DNA of 64,000 nucleotides. It comes from Gemmatimonadota bacterium. GTDB taxonomy: Bacteria; Gemmatimonadota; Gemmatimonadetes; Palauibacterales; KS3-K002. The notes under the pieces are model-generated. The model had not been told where the DNA came from. It saw only the letters and a list, made by a program, of their open reading frames with translations, and searched no databases. Each line of letters opens with the position of its first letter. Within the stretch, counting starts at the first letter, position 1. Both the position numbers and the translations under genes were made by a program. This document shows, in pieces, positions 50,415 through 61,298 of this stretch. The stretch spans positions 64,001-128,000 of the forward strand of contig JBDHJS010000004.1 of assembly GCA_039586795.1 (NCBI GenBank). The letters are read 5' to 3'.

Positions 50415-51084
50415 CCGCGACTCCGGAATCGTAGACGATCGCACCCTCGGAGAGCTCGATGACGCGGTATTGAGAGTACCGACGAACCATATCCAGGTCG
50501 TGTGTCGCCATGAGAACCGCTGTTCCGGACGAGTTTATGTCGCGGATCAGCTCGAAGACACCACGCGAAGCGCGTTCGTCCAGGTTACCCATCGGCTCAT
50601 CGGCCAGCAGCACCACCGGGTCGTGGATCAGCGCCCGAGCCATGGCAATCCGCTGCTGTTCTCCGCCCGATAACTCGTCCGGGTAGGCGCCCGCCCGGGC
50701 CGCGAGGCCGACTTGCGCCAGCAGCCGCTGGACCTTGCCCTTGATCTCGCTGCGGCGTGAACCGGAAACCTCTAGCGCGAAAGACAGGTTGGCGGCTGTC
50801 GTTCGGTCGCGAAGCAGGCGAAAGTCCTGAAACACGACACCGACGCGGCGGCGCAGTTTGGGAACTTCGCGACGCTTCATGCGGGATGACGAGAACCCGG
50901 AAACGCGCACTTCCCCGTCGCTCGGCCGCTCCGCCATGTGAACGAGGCGGAGAACCGTGCTCTTGCCGGCTCCCGATGGCCCGATGAGAAAAGCGAACTC
51001 CCCCTTCTTTAGATGGAAGGAGACGTTCTTTAAGGCGAGCCCCGAGCGCGGGTACTCCTTATAGACATTGATGAGTTTGATCAC
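50401..51084 (-). CDS. ftsE: Cell division ATP-binding protein FtsE
   Basis: GPSGAGKST, VFQDFRLL, LSGGEQQR, MATHD. Confidence 0.94.
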   Translation of the reverse strand: MIKLINVYKEYPRSGLALKNVSFHLKKGEFAFLIGPSGAGKSTVLRLVHMAERPSDGEVRVSGFSSSRMKRREVPKLRRRVGVVFQDFRLLRDRTTAANLSFALEVSGSRRSEIKGKVQRLLAQVGLAARAGAYPDELSGGEQQRIAMARALIHDPVVLLADEPMGNLDERASRGVFELIRDINSSGTAVLMATHDLDMVRRYSQYRVIELSEGAIVYDSGVADDDA

Positions 51085-51130
51085 GGAACCCAGTCTTCGG
51101 GCGCGGAACGAAAGGCAGGGGTGGCAGCCT

Positions 51131-52105
51131 TCATTCGCCCGCCAATCTACTGGAGTTGGCGGCCATCGTCAAAGATCGACGAGCGAAGGCGACCGAAGCC
51201 TCCAGCGCCGCCCGCATCGAGGACGGGTCAGCCTGGCCCGACCCTGCAATATCGAATGCCGTGCCGTGATCGGGCGAAGTGCGGGGGAACGGAAGGCCCA
51301 ACGTGACGTTCACGGCCCTCCCGAAGGCTGCCGTCTTGATGGCGACCATCCCAACGTCGTGGTACGGTGCGAGGACGGCATCAAATTCGCCCCGCATAGC
51401 TCTTACGAAGACGGTATCTGCGGGATACGGGCCCTCCACCGCTAGCCCTTCCGCCCGCAAACCGTCGATTGCGGGTGTGCAGACCCGCGCCTCCTCATCC
51501 CCAAACAGGCCGTCATCAGAGGCGTGCGGATTCAGGGCGCAGACCGCCAGTCGTGGCCGCTCGATACCCCACCAACGGCCCAGATCGGCAGCCACAAGGC
51601 GGGCGATGGCCTGTAGCCGATCCGCTGTGTAGGCCCGAGGAACTTGGGCGAGCGGCATATGCCCGGTGACGAGAATCACGCGCAGAGGCGCGCCGTGCGT
51701 TGTCTCATCGGCAGCGAGGCAAAGCGCCGTGAGATCCGCTCCGGTCAGGTCGCGGAGCATCTCCGTATGCCCGGGCCACTCATAACCCGCCGCCGTGAGC
51801 GCCGACTTGTTGATCGGCGCCGTCACGATCCCGTCGACATCACCGTCCAGCGCGAGCTTGACCGCGCGTCTGATCGCTGCGGTTGATAGTTCTCCCGCCG
51901 CTTGAGCCGTTCCACCCGCCCGCCACTGGCCGATCGACAGCAACTCCAGTCCTGAGAGGTCTGCGATGCCCTCGGGTCCGACGAGTAGCAGGTCAGCATC
52001 GATCGCGGGCGTCATTCTGATGGCCCGGGCGGCGACTTCCGGGCCAATTCCCCTTGGATCACCGACCGTGATGGCTATGCGCGGATGACTTCGTTTTACG
52101 CTCAC
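51131..52105 (-). CDS. pdxA: 4-hydroxythreonine-4-phosphate dehydrogenase
   Basis: GDPRGIGPE, GHTE, LNPHA, YHD, RTSPDHGTAFDIAG; surA-pdxA order. Confidence 0.94.
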   Translation of the reverse strand: MSVKRSHPRIAITVGDPRGIGPEVAARAIRMTPAIDADLLLVGPEGIADLSGLELLSIGQWRAGGTAQAAGELSTAAIRRAVKLALDGDVDGIVTAPINKSALTAAGYEWPGHTEMLRDLTGADLTALCLAADETTHGAPLRVILVTGHMPLAQVPRAYTADRLQAIARLVAADLGRWWGIERPRLAVCALNPHASDDGLFGDEEARVCTPAIDGLRAEGLAVEGPYPADTVFVRAMRGEFDAVLAPYHDVGMVAIKTAAFGRAVNVTLGLPFPRTSPDHGTAFDIAGSGQADPSSMRAALEASVAFARRSLTMAANSSRLAGE

Positions 52106-52129
52106 AGATCGCTGCGATCGGCTGCAGGA

Positions 52130-53482
52130 CTACCCTTCGAGGCGCAGTTCCACGTAGGTCTGTTCGCGCAGCCCGTCAACAACCTTCTGAATCATCGCTT
52201 GCTGTTGGAGCTGCTGCCGAATGACTTCGCGGTAGTCGTTGAGTTCCCACTCGCCCGCCGGGCTGAGATCGATCAGCACGACCACCGCCCACTTGGGCGG
52301 CATCCCGGGCTGTCTCAACTCGATGGGGCCGACCGCGTCCCCGGGTTGTGCGTTGGCTAGCGCCCTTCGGTAGAGCTCCGGGAGCTGCTCCTGAGGGAAC
52401 TGCGTGAGGGTGGATCGTTCGTTTGGGTCACCATACGCCTGGATCATCGAATCGACGTCGGCACCGGCTCGCAGGCCGGCCGCCACGGAATCGGCTAGCT
52501 GCCGAGCCATCTCAATGTCAGCATCCAGGACCTCGGGCCGGATCAGGATATGGCGAGCCTGTCGGTCGTCTCCACGCACGCGTTCGAGCTTGATGATGTG
52601 GTACCCGAACCCGGTCTCGACGATATCACTGATCTCGCCGGGCCGCATCGCCCAGAGTGCCTCCTCGAACTCCGGGACCAGCAGGCCGCGCTGCACCCAG
52701 CCAAGGTCACCACCCGATTCGCGGCTGGCCGCGTCGTCGGAGTACTCACGCGCCAGGCGCGTGAAGTCTTCACCCGCGATGGCCCGGGAGAGCGCTTGTT
52801 CAGCCTCTTCTCGAGCCAGAAGCCCGGCATCGTCCGTCGGCTCGGTGCTGATGATCACCTGCTTTAGGGTCACGGAAGCCGGCTTGGGTCCGAGCGTCGA
52901 CTTCTGCACCTCCCAAACCTCCTCGATCTCTTCCTCGCTTACCGGGATCGGGTTGATCATCGAGACTTCACGCTCCAGGTAGCGCTGCGCCATGATCTGG
53001 GCACGTCCGCGCTGGGTCAGTCGCAACCGGAACTCGACCAGCGTTAGTCCCCTACCTGCCAGAGCCTGTTCGAATTGTAGCTGGGATGCGAACTGGCGGC
53101 GGATCGCCGCGAGCTGTTGATCGACGAGCTGATCGACTTCGTCATCGCCGACGATGATATCCGCCTTCTGCGCGGCAACGATGATCAGCAAGTCGGCGAC
53201 CATGCGGTCGAGGACCTGCTCAAGGAAAGCGGGGCGTTCGGGCGATTCCGGCGGCGGCACCGGGATCCGCTGGGCCTGCAGGTCGAGGATATACTCCTCG
53301 AGCTCGCTGCGCAGGATCATTGTGTCTCCGATGACCGCGACGATGTAGTCGACCAGCTGGCTCTGATCCTGCGCGCTCGACTTCGATGCCAGCGCGGGAG
53401 ACAACAGGAGCATGCCTAGCCCGATTGTGACTATCAGGTTGCGGCGAATCCCACCGCTGAGACTCATGATTCGGTCTCTCAC
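52130..53482 (-). CDS. surA: SurA-like chaperone / parvulin PPIase
   Basis: SurA N-domain (IVAVIG..ILRSE), LAREYSDD..GGDLGW, GFGYHII. Confidence 0.82.
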   Translation of the reverse strand: MRDRIMSLSGGIRRNLIVTIGLGMLLLSPALASKSSAQDQSQLVDYIVAVIGDTMILRSELEEYILDLQAQRIPVPPPESPERPAFLEQVLDRMVADLLIIVAAQKADIIVGDDEVDQLVDQQLAAIRRQFASQLQFEQALAGRGLTLVEFRLRLTQRGRAQIMAQRYLEREVSMINPIPVSEEEIEEVWEVQKSTLGPKPASVTLKQVIISTEPTDDAGLLAREEAEQALSRAIAGEDFTRLAREYSDDAASRESGGDLGWVQRGLLVPEFEEALWAMRPGEISDIVETGFGYHIIKLERVRGDDRQARHILIRPEVLDADIEMARQLADSVAAGLRAGADVDSMIQAYGDPNERSTLTQFPQEQLPELYRRALANAQPGDAVGPIELRQPGMPPKWAVVVLIDLSPAGEWELNDYREVIRQQLQQQAMIQKVVDGLREQTYVELRLEG

Positions 53483-53488
53483 GTCCGT

Positions 53489-54898
53489 CTACTCCGTTTG
53501 CGGCGTAGCGGCCTCGATCCCGCCGCGCAGCTCGACCAGACGGCGGAGCACCTGCCTATAACGGTAGGGATGCACCAGGATGGACGGACCGTCGCGATGA
53601 AGCGCCGGCGATACGCGGTCCAAGGCCTTCGGGCTACGTCCCCGCACCAGCATATAGTCGAAGGCGTTGTCCACGGCGTCAGGGATCTCTCCCCCTTCCT
53701 GACGCAGGATGGTCTGTATGCCGGCCCCAAAGGCAGCGTTACGTAGATCGCGTTCGGCCGCCAGAACGAGACTGTCAACGACGACCTCGTCGAGCTCTTC
53801 GCCTGCGTCAATCGCCGCTTTTGCCAGGATCTCGTTAATCGCGAGACGGGCTAGCAACGCGGTTGCCCCGGCCGAATCCGTGCCCGCAAATCCCGATTGA
53901 GTGTTGGGGGCTCCGCGAATCACAAAATCCGCCCACTGGCCGAAGGTGAGCTTGCCGCCCCTGAAGCGCGCCAATGCAGCGTTACGCTCGGCGGAACCCA
54001 TTCGCGACATTCTGGGGGAGAAAGCAGAGAGCCTGACCAGGTTCGCGGAGCCCGCTGTAACCGTGATATCGGCTGAAGCAGTGATGGAGTCGACGTATGC
54101 GCGCTCCATGAGCTGCGTTTCTTGCGTTGTCAGCTGTGTCTCGTAGTCCTCGCGGACGTCGTCGAACTCCGGGGTCCTGTGTCCGGTTACCTTGACGACG
54201 TGAAAGCCGAAGGTAGTCCGGATAACCTCGCTGATGACTCCAATCTCCATATCGAACAAGACGCCGTCGATTTCCGGGACCAATTGACCGCGCCGCACCC
54301 AACCGAGCGCGCCCCCGCGCGATGCGCTCGAGGGGTCTTCCGAGTAGCGCCTTGCCAGGTCGTCGAACGCCTCACCTCGAAGCAGGCGATCGCGAATGGT
54401 TTCCGCCATGGTCCGGAGACTATCTTCAAGAGCAGCGGTGGGTGACGCCGGGACTCTAATCAGGATATGGTGAGTCTCGGCCAGCGCGAACGGCTGATCA
54501 CGATCGTACCACTGACGGAGCGTGGCTTCGTCTGGCACGGCTCGCTCGCGCATCACTTTATCGCGGAGCTTCCAAGCCAGCGCTTGCTGCGTACCGAATC
54601 GGGTGATCGGATCCAGGTTGAGTCCTGAGTACCGATCTTCCTTGGCGAATTCGCTGGCGAGAACCGCATAGCCGACCCAGAGTTCAATAGTCCGGTCTAC
54701 GACGACCATGAGGGCTGGCGCCATCGAATCGGTGCCCAAAGCAATCAGCTGGGCAGCGTGATCGATGGTGAGTGGATAGCCTTCGGCGATGGCGACGTTG
54801 TCCTTGTGGCCCTCCATGCCTTCGCGCATGAACGAACAGGCGGCGAGTGTCGAGGTCAGTATGACCGTGAGCGTCAGGATAGTTGTTCGTCGGTACAT
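53489..54898 (-). CDS. Parvulin-type PPIase lipoprotein (PrsA/PpiD-like)
   Basis: Lipobox LAAC, HILI, FDDLARRYSED, FGFHVVK. Confidence 0.85.
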   Translation of the reverse strand: MYRRTTILTLTVILTSTLAACSFMREGMEGHKDNVAIAEGYPLTIDHAAQLIALGTDSMAPALMVVVDRTIELWVGYAVLASEFAKEDRYSGLNLDPITRFGTQQALAWKLRDKVMRERAVPDEATLRQWYDRDQPFALAETHHILIRVPASPTAALEDSLRTMAETIRDRLLRGEAFDDLARRYSEDPSSASRGGALGWVRRGQLVPEIDGVLFDMEIGVISEVIRTTFGFHVVKVTGHRTPEFDDVREDYETQLTTQETQLMERAYVDSITASADITVTAGSANLVRLSAFSPRMSRMGSAERNAALARFRGGKLTFGQWADFVIRGAPNTQSGFAGTDSAGATALLARLAINEILAKAAIDAGEELDEVVVDSLVLAAERDLRNAAFGAGIQTILRQEGGEIPDAVDNAFDYMLVRGRSPKALDRVSPALHRDGPSILVHPYRYRQVLRRLVELRGGIEAATPQTE

Positions 54899-54899
54899 T

Positions 54900-57800
54900 T
54901 CAGTGGTTTCCGGTTGCTACCAGTTCACGTTGTTCTTCCAGGATTCGTTCTAGAGCCCCGACTACTATCGGCGTGACGTCTTGCGCGCCCGGCTGGCGGA
55001 ACACGAGCGAAAGCGGCTGCAGGCGCCGCACTTCGACCTCGACTTCCTGGCCGGCCATGGCGTCTCTCAGGGACGTCAGCTTGGGCATGGTGCCACGTCG
55101 GAAGTTAACACGAGCGGAGTCCGCTGTCGCCAGCACCCGCTCGACACCCAGCAAACCGCCCAGAATCCTTATACGGGAGGCGGCGATCAGGCGCCCTGCC
55201 TCGTCCGGGAGTGGCCCGAATCGGTCCCGCAGCTCCGCCGTCAGGCCTTCCAGGTCCTCCAGTTCGCTGGCGCGTGAGAGACGGCGATACAGTTCCAGCT
55301 TCTGGCCCTCGTCCGGGATGAAGCTGTCCGGGATATACGTGGCGCCGGTTACGGAGACCTCGGGGATCGGCTGTCTGGCGGCCGGCCCGTCTTCGCCGGC
55401 GCGCAGAGCGGTGACGGTGTCCTCTAGCAAGCGCAGATACGCATCGAACCCGACGGCCTGTGCGAACCCGGACTGCTCCGCGCCCAGCAAGTTGCCAGCG
55501 CCTCGAAGCTCGAGGTCTTTGAGGGCCAGACGGTAACCGGCGCCCAGCTCCGTGTGCTTCTCCAGTAGCTGGAGACGGCGTTCCGTTTCCGGCGGCAGAT
55601 TCGGCGGTATGACCATGTAGCAGAAGGCACGCTGATGCGAGCGGCCGACCCGGCCGCGCAGCTGGTAGAGCTGAGCGAGACCGAAGTAGTCGGCGCGGTG
55701 AATGATCATCGTGTTGGCGTTGGGCAGGTCGAGACCGTTCTCGATGATCGCGGTGGCGACCAGCACGTGGATGTCACCGCGGACGAAGTCGGTCATAACC
55801 TTCTCGAGTTTGCGTTCAGACATCTGGCCGTGGGCGATCTCGACCCGCAGGTCCGGGGCGAGGCGGCGCACTTTGGCGGCGACTTCCGGTATCGACTCGA
55901 CGCGGTTGTGCACGAAGAAGACCTGACCGCCGCGGTCCACCTCGAGCCGAATCGCATCCTCGATCGTCTGATCTTCCCACGTGATCATGTGCGTGATGAT
56001 CGGCTGACGGTTACGCGGCGGAGTTCGAATCACGGCCAGGTCGCGCAATCCGCTGAGAGATAGGTGTAGCGTGCGGGGGATTGGTGTCGCTGTCATTGTC
56101 AAGACGTCGACGTTCTGACGTAACGCCTTAAGGTGTTCCTTCTGTCCAACTCCGAACTGCTGCTCTTCATCAATCACCAGTAGACCGAGGTTCTTGAACT
56201 TGACGTCGGGCGAGACCAGGCGATGCGTGCCGATCACGATATCAACTGACCCATCCGAAACGCGGCTTACTATCTCCTCTTGTTCCTTCTTCGTGCGAAA
56301 ACGAGAAAGCGACTCGACGACCACGGGGTATTCAGCCAGCCTGGCGCGGAAGGTCTGCAGGTGTTGCTCCACGAGAACGGTGGTTGGTGCGAGTACCGCG
56401 ACCTGCACACCGTCCTGCACCGCCTTGAATGCAGCGCGGATCGCGATCTCCGTTTTTCCGAAACCGACATCGCCGCAGATCAGCAGGTCCATCGGTCGAT
56501 CGTTCTCCATCGACCGCTTGACCTGCTTAGAAACCTGTTCCTGGTCCGGCGTGTCTTCGTGAATGAAGGCGGACTCCATCTCACGCTGCCAGCGCGTGTC
56601 CGGGCTGAATGGGTGGGCCTCCGTCACTCGCCGCCGCGCGTACAATTCGAGCAGCTCGGCGGCCATGGTCTGAATCGCGTCCCGGGTTCGTTTTCTGAGC
56701 TTCTGCCAACTCTTGCTCCCCAGTCGATGCAACTTGGGGGCTGCACGCTCACCATCCTCGAAGTCCGATATCCAACGCTCTACAAGGTCGGCCCGGTAGT
56801 GGGGAACACGAAGCACGTCACCGCCGGCGTATTCGAGGACCAACGTCTCGAGCTCCTCGCCTCCGACCTTGACCCGCTCGAGTCCACGATATCGGCCGAT
56901 ACCATGATCGAGGTGCACCGCGTAGTCGCCTGGCGTCAGCGCCGACAGCGTGTCGAGTGCCGCCCGGCTGACGGCGCGTGGCCGTCGCCGCGGCCGTCGG
57001 GCGCGGCGGAAGATCTCGTGATCGGTGAACAACCAGAGCGGTGGTTCCGCGGAGGGTATCACGAACCCACCGGCCAACGGTCCGAGTCCAAGCGAGATTC
57101 TCTTCAGGCTATCGGCGCCTGCCGCATCCTCGAGGATCTCCTCCAGCCGTTCGAGCTGGCCTTCGTTGTCGCAGAGGATGACGACCCGGGAATTTCCATC
57201 GAGGGCTTCGCCGACAGAGGCAACAAGTCGGTCGATATGGCGGTCGATTTCAGGGGCCGGTCGAATGCTGAAGTCGATGTCAGCGCTCTCATCGGGGCCG
57301 GCTATGCGAAGTCGACGGAATCGTGCCAACCGTTCAATGACAACGGCAGGTGCGTGTTGGTAGCGTTCCGGCGTCTCAGAGCGGCGCGCTAACTCATCCC
57401 AACTGTTGTGACGTTCGCGTTCCTCGCTGGGCGCGTCGACTTGAAGCACGAGCGTAGACTCAGGTAGGACATCCAACAGGCTTCCGTATACGCTGGCGTC
57501 GTGAGACGCGGCAGCGCTCGCGTCCTCTAAGCGTGGGAAACGCACGGGGAGCAGTCGCGCAGTATCCAGTTCGGCGATGGAGCGCTGGTCGAGTACGTCG
57601 AACGATCGAATAGACTCGATCCGATCGCCCCAGAACTCGATACGAAGCGGATCCAGAGTCGTTATTGGATATACATCGACGATGCCGCCACGAATGGAGT
57701 ACTCGCCAACCGCCTCGACCATGGAGGCCTTTCGATAGCCGGCCTTTTCGAGGGACGAGATGAGCTCGGCCCTATCCACCTCTTGCCCTGGTGCCAGCCG

Positions 57801-58214
57801 GATCTCGAGTTCCGTCCATCGCGACGGCAGAGCGAACAGCTCGCTCAGCGCACGACCCGTCGTCACGAGAATTCGCGAGCGGTTCGAGAGGTGTGCTTGA
57901 AGCGCGTCGACGCGCCGTGCCGAGATCTCGATGTGGGGATCGTCCAGCTCGGGGTGAACCGCCTCGCGCTGCGGGAAGACCCGTGATCGATCGGGGACGA
58001 GCGCTTCGAGATCGGCCTCGACCTCTTCGGCGGCAGGTGTGGACGGCGCAACGAAGAGCAGACTGCGAACGGCTCCGGATTCGACCAGCGCGGCCGCCAG
58101 CGCGACGGCTGAAGACCCGCCCAGCCCCGTGAGGACCTGCTCGTACCCCGGGCGCGGCAGGCGATCGGCCAGCCGGCCAAACTCCGGCATGCTGCGCAGA
58201 CTATCTATGATCAC
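54900..58214 (-). CDS. mfd: Transcription-repair coupling factor
   Basis: HGIGRY, GDVGFGKTE, DEEQ, TATPIPRTL, QLRGRVGRS, DLELRGAGNLLG. Confidence 0.97.
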   Translation of the reverse strand: MIIDSLRSMPEFGRLADRLPRPGYEQVLTGLGGSSAVALAAALVESGAVRSLLFVAPSTPAAEEVEADLEALVPDRSRVFPQREAVHPELDDPHIEISARRVDALQAHLSNRSRILVTTGRALSELFALPSRWTELEIRLAPGQEVDRAELISSLEKAGYRKASMVEAVGEYSIRGGIVDVYPITTLDPLRIEFWGDRIESIRSFDVLDQRSIAELDTARLLPVRFPRLEDASAAASHDASVYGSLLDVLPESTLVLQVDAPSEERERHNSWDELARRSETPERYQHAPAVVIERLARFRRLRIAGPDESADIDFSIRPAPEIDRHIDRLVASVGEALDGNSRVVILCDNEGQLERLEEILEDAAGADSLKRISLGLGPLAGGFVIPSAEPPLWLFTDHEIFRRARRPRRRPRAVSRAALDTLSALTPGDYAVHLDHGIGRYRGLERVKVGGEELETLVLEYAGGDVLRVPHYRADLVERWISDFEDGERAAPKLHRLGSKSWQKLRKRTRDAIQTMAAELLELYARRRVTEAHPFSPDTRWQREMESAFIHEDTPDQEQVSKQVKRSMENDRPMDLLICGDVGFGKTEIAIRAAFKAVQDGVQVAVLAPTTVLVEQHLQTFRARLAEYPVVVESLSRFRTKKEQEEIVSRVSDGSVDIVIGTHRLVSPDVKFKNLGLLVIDEEQQFGVGQKEHLKALRQNVDVLTMTATPIPRTLHLSLSGLRDLAVIRTPPRNRQPIITHMITWEDQTIEDAIRLEVDRGGQVFFVHNRVESIPEVAAKVRRLAPDLRVEIAHGQMSERKLEKVMTDFVRGDIHVLVATAIIENGLDLPNANTMIIHRADYFGLAQLYQLRGRVGRSHQRAFCYMVIPPNLPPETERRLQLLEKHTELGAGYRLALKDLELRGAGNLLGAEQSGFAQAVGFDAYLRLLEDTVTALRAGEDGPAARQPIPEVSVTGATYIPDSFIPDEGQKLELYRRLSRASELEDLEGLTAELRDRFGPLPDEAGRLIAASRIRILGGLLGVERVLATADSARVNFRRGTMPKLTSLRDAMAGQEVEVEVRRLQPLSLVFRQPGAQDVTPIVVGALERILEEQRELVATGNH

Positions 58215-58241
58215 CAGTACTTCTGCTGCTTTCTACGATCG

Positions 58242-60200
58242 TCAGTCACTGTCCGTTTTGGTTCGCGGTCTTTCCTCGCTTCGGCGCCCCGCCGCCGCGA
58301 GGCTGGCCTCGACAATAGAAAAGGCCAGGAGCAGCGCAACAAGAGGGGTCCAGGCCAGTCGCCCACGGCGAGCTCGGTAGATCACTCGTTCCCAGCCAGC
58401 CACGTCGGTGTTCGCTGACCAGACCCAGTCGGCTGCCGGGAAGGTCGCCTCCAGGGCCTCCGCCGAGCCCGCCTCGAGATCGGACTCGAGGAGCGGAGCG
58501 TTGACGGAAAAGGCCTGAATCACGTTGGCGTCATCGAGCACTGAATAGTTGCCAGGTTGCGCCGTGTCCAACCAGGCGCCGCCCTCTGCGGTCTGGGTAC
58601 CCTCTCCGCTTCGAATCTCTCGCGCTCGACTGGAGAGCCGTACCGGGCCCGCTTCGTGGTACGTCGCTACGGTGGCGATGCCGCCCCGCGCCCAGTCGCC
58701 CAACAGGATATCGAGGAACGGCACCATCCCGGCGCTTGCTGGCAGGTCCGTCGCTTCCGCCGTCAGAGGAGAGGCAAGGAGAAGATATGCCGCACCCTGG
58801 GACGTGGTTCCGCGTACTAGCCAGGGCTCACCGCTGGCGAGGCCGACCAGCGTCGTGTCGGCGGCAGCGGTCCCGGACGGCATCAACCGATAGAAGGAAC
58901 GTACCTCGAGGCCGGTCAACCCCGGCACGTCCGAACCGGCGATCCGCGATGCACCGGTTTCGCGATCGGTATCGTAGCGCCAGGGAATTCGTGCCCGCGC
59001 CAACCGAGCGTTGAGGCGCGGGAGATCGAGCGGGCTGGTCGGAGGGATGACGAGGACCGATCGGTCGCCGGCGAGCCCCTCGCTCACGCGTTCGCCGCCC
59101 GCCGACACCCAGACTTCAGCTGCATCCGGTTCGGTTTGTCGCAGGCGTCGGCCTGCTTCGAGCGCCTCCAGCGCGTTGATCAAGAAACCGCCGGCCGTGC
59201 CCACGGCGGCGACCTCCACCGTCGGCCTCACGAACCACGTGAAGTAGCGTCGATCATCGGCGGCGAGACCCTGGTTATCGATCTCGACGTACCCCTGCAC
59301 CCACCCGCTTTCCTGGGGAGGCATACGAATTAGAGCTTGTCCACCGTAAATCGCTTCGCCAATCGCGATGACGTCTTCTTCACTCACCAACCTCACTACA
59401 ACAGGGTCTGTCGGCTCGTCAGTACCAAACCAGTGAAGCGGCACCATGATCGTTGTGTGACGACCTGCACTGAGCGGGACGACTTCCGGGATAGGGCGGC
59501 CAGGCGTTCCGTTGGCCAGCACCGGCAACCGTGGTACGAAAACGACGACGCTCATCTCTGTTTGAACGGCGACTCGTCCTGGCTCGCCGGTCTCAACGGG
59601 TAGGGACACGGCTTGCAGGTCGGTGAGCAGCTGGATCTCGAGTTGTCTGCCTTCCGCAACCGACTGGAGCCACTCGGTGGCTGTTTGAGCGGCGCCGCCC
59701 AGGTCGGCCATTCCGGCTACGGGACGGAGTTCCGACAGGTGGGAGCGGATCGCCGTGACACCGGAGATCGCTACCTGGTCGGGTCGTACCGCCGAGAAGA
59801 ACGCAACGCGATCGTCTCCAGTGGACAGATCGAGAGTCCGAGAAGCCCGCTCGGCGAACAGGTCCAGCAGCCGCTGGCCTTCAATGATCCGGCTCGAGCT
59901 CTGCGAGTCATCGATGATGATAGCCAGTGCGGTTGGATGGTGATCGGCCGCGCCGCCGCGACCGAGCAGTGGGCCCATCGCCGCGAAAGCCAGCAACGCG
60001 ACCATCACCATCCGTATGGCAAGCAAGGCCAGGTGTCTGAGCCGCAGACGACGCGCGTGCCTTCGTTCTGCCCGACGCAGATACCGGATCGCCGGAAAGG
60101 CGAGACGTTTCACATCGCGACGTCGTATCAAGTGGAGAACCACCGGCACCGCTACGGCCAGCGCTGCGAGGCCGAGAATGGGATAGAGGAAGCCGATCAT
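58242..60200 (-). CDS. BatA N-terminal domain / VWA-type membrane protein
   Basis: MIGFLYP...PVVLHLIRRR...FPAIRYL, MIDAS-like DDSQS, C-terminal TM; overlaps the DUF58 stop. Confidence 0.85.
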   Translation of the reverse strand: MIGFLYPILGLAALAVAVPVVLHLIRRRDVKRLAFPAIRYLRRAERRHARRLRLRHLALLAIRMVMVALLAFAAMGPLLGRGGAADHHPTALAIIIDDSQSSSRIIEGQRLLDLFAERASRTLDLSTGDDRVAFFSAVRPDQVAISGVTAIRSHLSELRPVAGMADLGGAAQTATEWLQSVAEGRQLEIQLLTDLQAVSLPVETGEPGRVAVQTEMSVVVFVPRLPVLANGTPGRPIPEVVPLSAGRHTTIMVPLHWFGTDEPTDPVVVRLVSEEDVIAIGEAIYGGQALIRMPPQESGWVQGYVEIDNQGLAADDRRYFTWFVRPTVEVAAVGTAGGFLINALEALEAGRRLRQTEPDAAEVWVSAGGERVSEGLAGDRSVLVIPPTSPLDLPRLNARLARARIPWRYDTDRETGASRIAGSDVPGLTGLEVRSFYRLMPSGTAAADTTLVGLASGEPWLVRGTTSQGAAYLLLASPLTAEATDLPASAGMVPFLDILLGDWARGGIATVATYHEAGPVRLSSRAREIRSGEGTQTAEGGAWLDTAQPGNYSVLDDANVIQAFSVNAPLLESDLEAGSAEALEATFPAADWVWSANTDVAGWERVIYRARRGRLAWTPLVALLLAFSIVEASLAAAGRRSEERPRTKTDSD

Positions 60201-61117
60201 CCGAGACGCGCGCGTGTGTGCAGGTACTCGCCCAGACCAAGGGCTAGCGGTTGGTCGCTCGTTATCAGGTGATAGTCCATCCCTTGGGTACCGCAGCTTC
60301 GCCGCCACTTGTCGATTGCTGAAGCTACGGCCTCCCGATACTCAGAACGAAGATCAGCGGAGCTGGCCACGATCTCGTCGCCCGTCTCAGGGTCGACGAA
60401 AACGGCGTCGCCGATACCCGGTAGCTCCAGTTCGCCGGGATCGAGGATATGAAAGACGAGCACTTCGTGGCCGCGGTGTCGTATCTTTCGCAGAGCACGC
60501 CGCGTCGCCCGCTCCTCCACCAGCAAATCCGAGATCAGGATCACGAGACCCCGGCGTCTCACTCGCGATGACAAGTCCTCCAGCGCGGTTTCGGCCGCGC
60601 TCAGCTGCCCAACCGGCTGCTCGATCAGCCGGCTCACCAGTTCCATCCAATGCGCTACCGTCCCCCGTGGTGGAAGTGATCCCAGCACCTTTTCCGCAAA
60701 GCTGACGAGGCCGGCCAGGTCACCCTGCCGAATCAACAGTAGGCTTAGGCTGGCGGCTAACCGTTTCGCGTAGTCGAGCTTCGTGATGAGCCCATCATGG
60801 CTGCGCCAGTCCATCGAGGCGCTAACGTCTAGGCAGATATAGGATGCCAGGTTCGTCTCTTCTTCATATTGTTTCAGGTAGTAGCGGTCTGAGCGGCCGT
60901 ACATCTTCCAATCGACGAACCTGAGATCGTCCCCGGGTCGGTAGGCTCTATGTTCGGCAAACTCGACGGAGAAGCCGCGGCTCGGACTGGCGTGAAGGCC
61001 GGAGATGAAGCCGCGAACAACAGACCGGGCAATGATCTCGAGGCCGCCCAGCGCGTCGAGCTCGGCGGGATCAAGGAGATCAGGTCTGTCCTGACTGTGG
61101 CCCGTACTTACAGGCAT
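60197..61117 (-). CDS. DUF58 family (VWA-like) protein
   Basis: GLHAS..G.SVEFAEHRAY.PGDD, DWK, KQYEEET, DVSASM. Start is 61117 or 61156. Confidence 0.92.
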   Translation of the reverse strand: MPVSTGHSQDRPDLLDPAELDALGGLEIIARSVVRGFISGLHASPSRGFSVEFAEHRAYRPGDDLRFVDWKMYGRSDRYYLKQYEEETNLASYICLDVSASMDWRSHDGLITKLDYAKRLAASLSLLLIRQGDLAGLVSFAEKVLGSLPPRGTVAHWMELVSRLIEQPVGQLSAAETALEDLSSRVRRRGLVILISDLLVEERATRRALRKIRHRGHEVLVFHILDPGELELPGIGDAVFVDPETGDEIVASSADLRSEYREAVASAIDKWRRSCGTQGMDYHLITSDQPLALGLGEYLHTRARLG

Positions 61118-61298
61118 ACTCGTGTTTGGCCTCGAGGTTTGGTGTTGCCCAGGCATATGCCGGGTTTGGAAGCAGAAAGATAACCGTCGGGACGGCTAAC
61201 GGGCCATTCAGGCGTGGGTCCGTCTGGGGGTTGCTGTTCCGGCCACATCGGATAGGAATTCAGTACACGCTTGGGAACGAGTTGCTGGGGGAAAGTCT

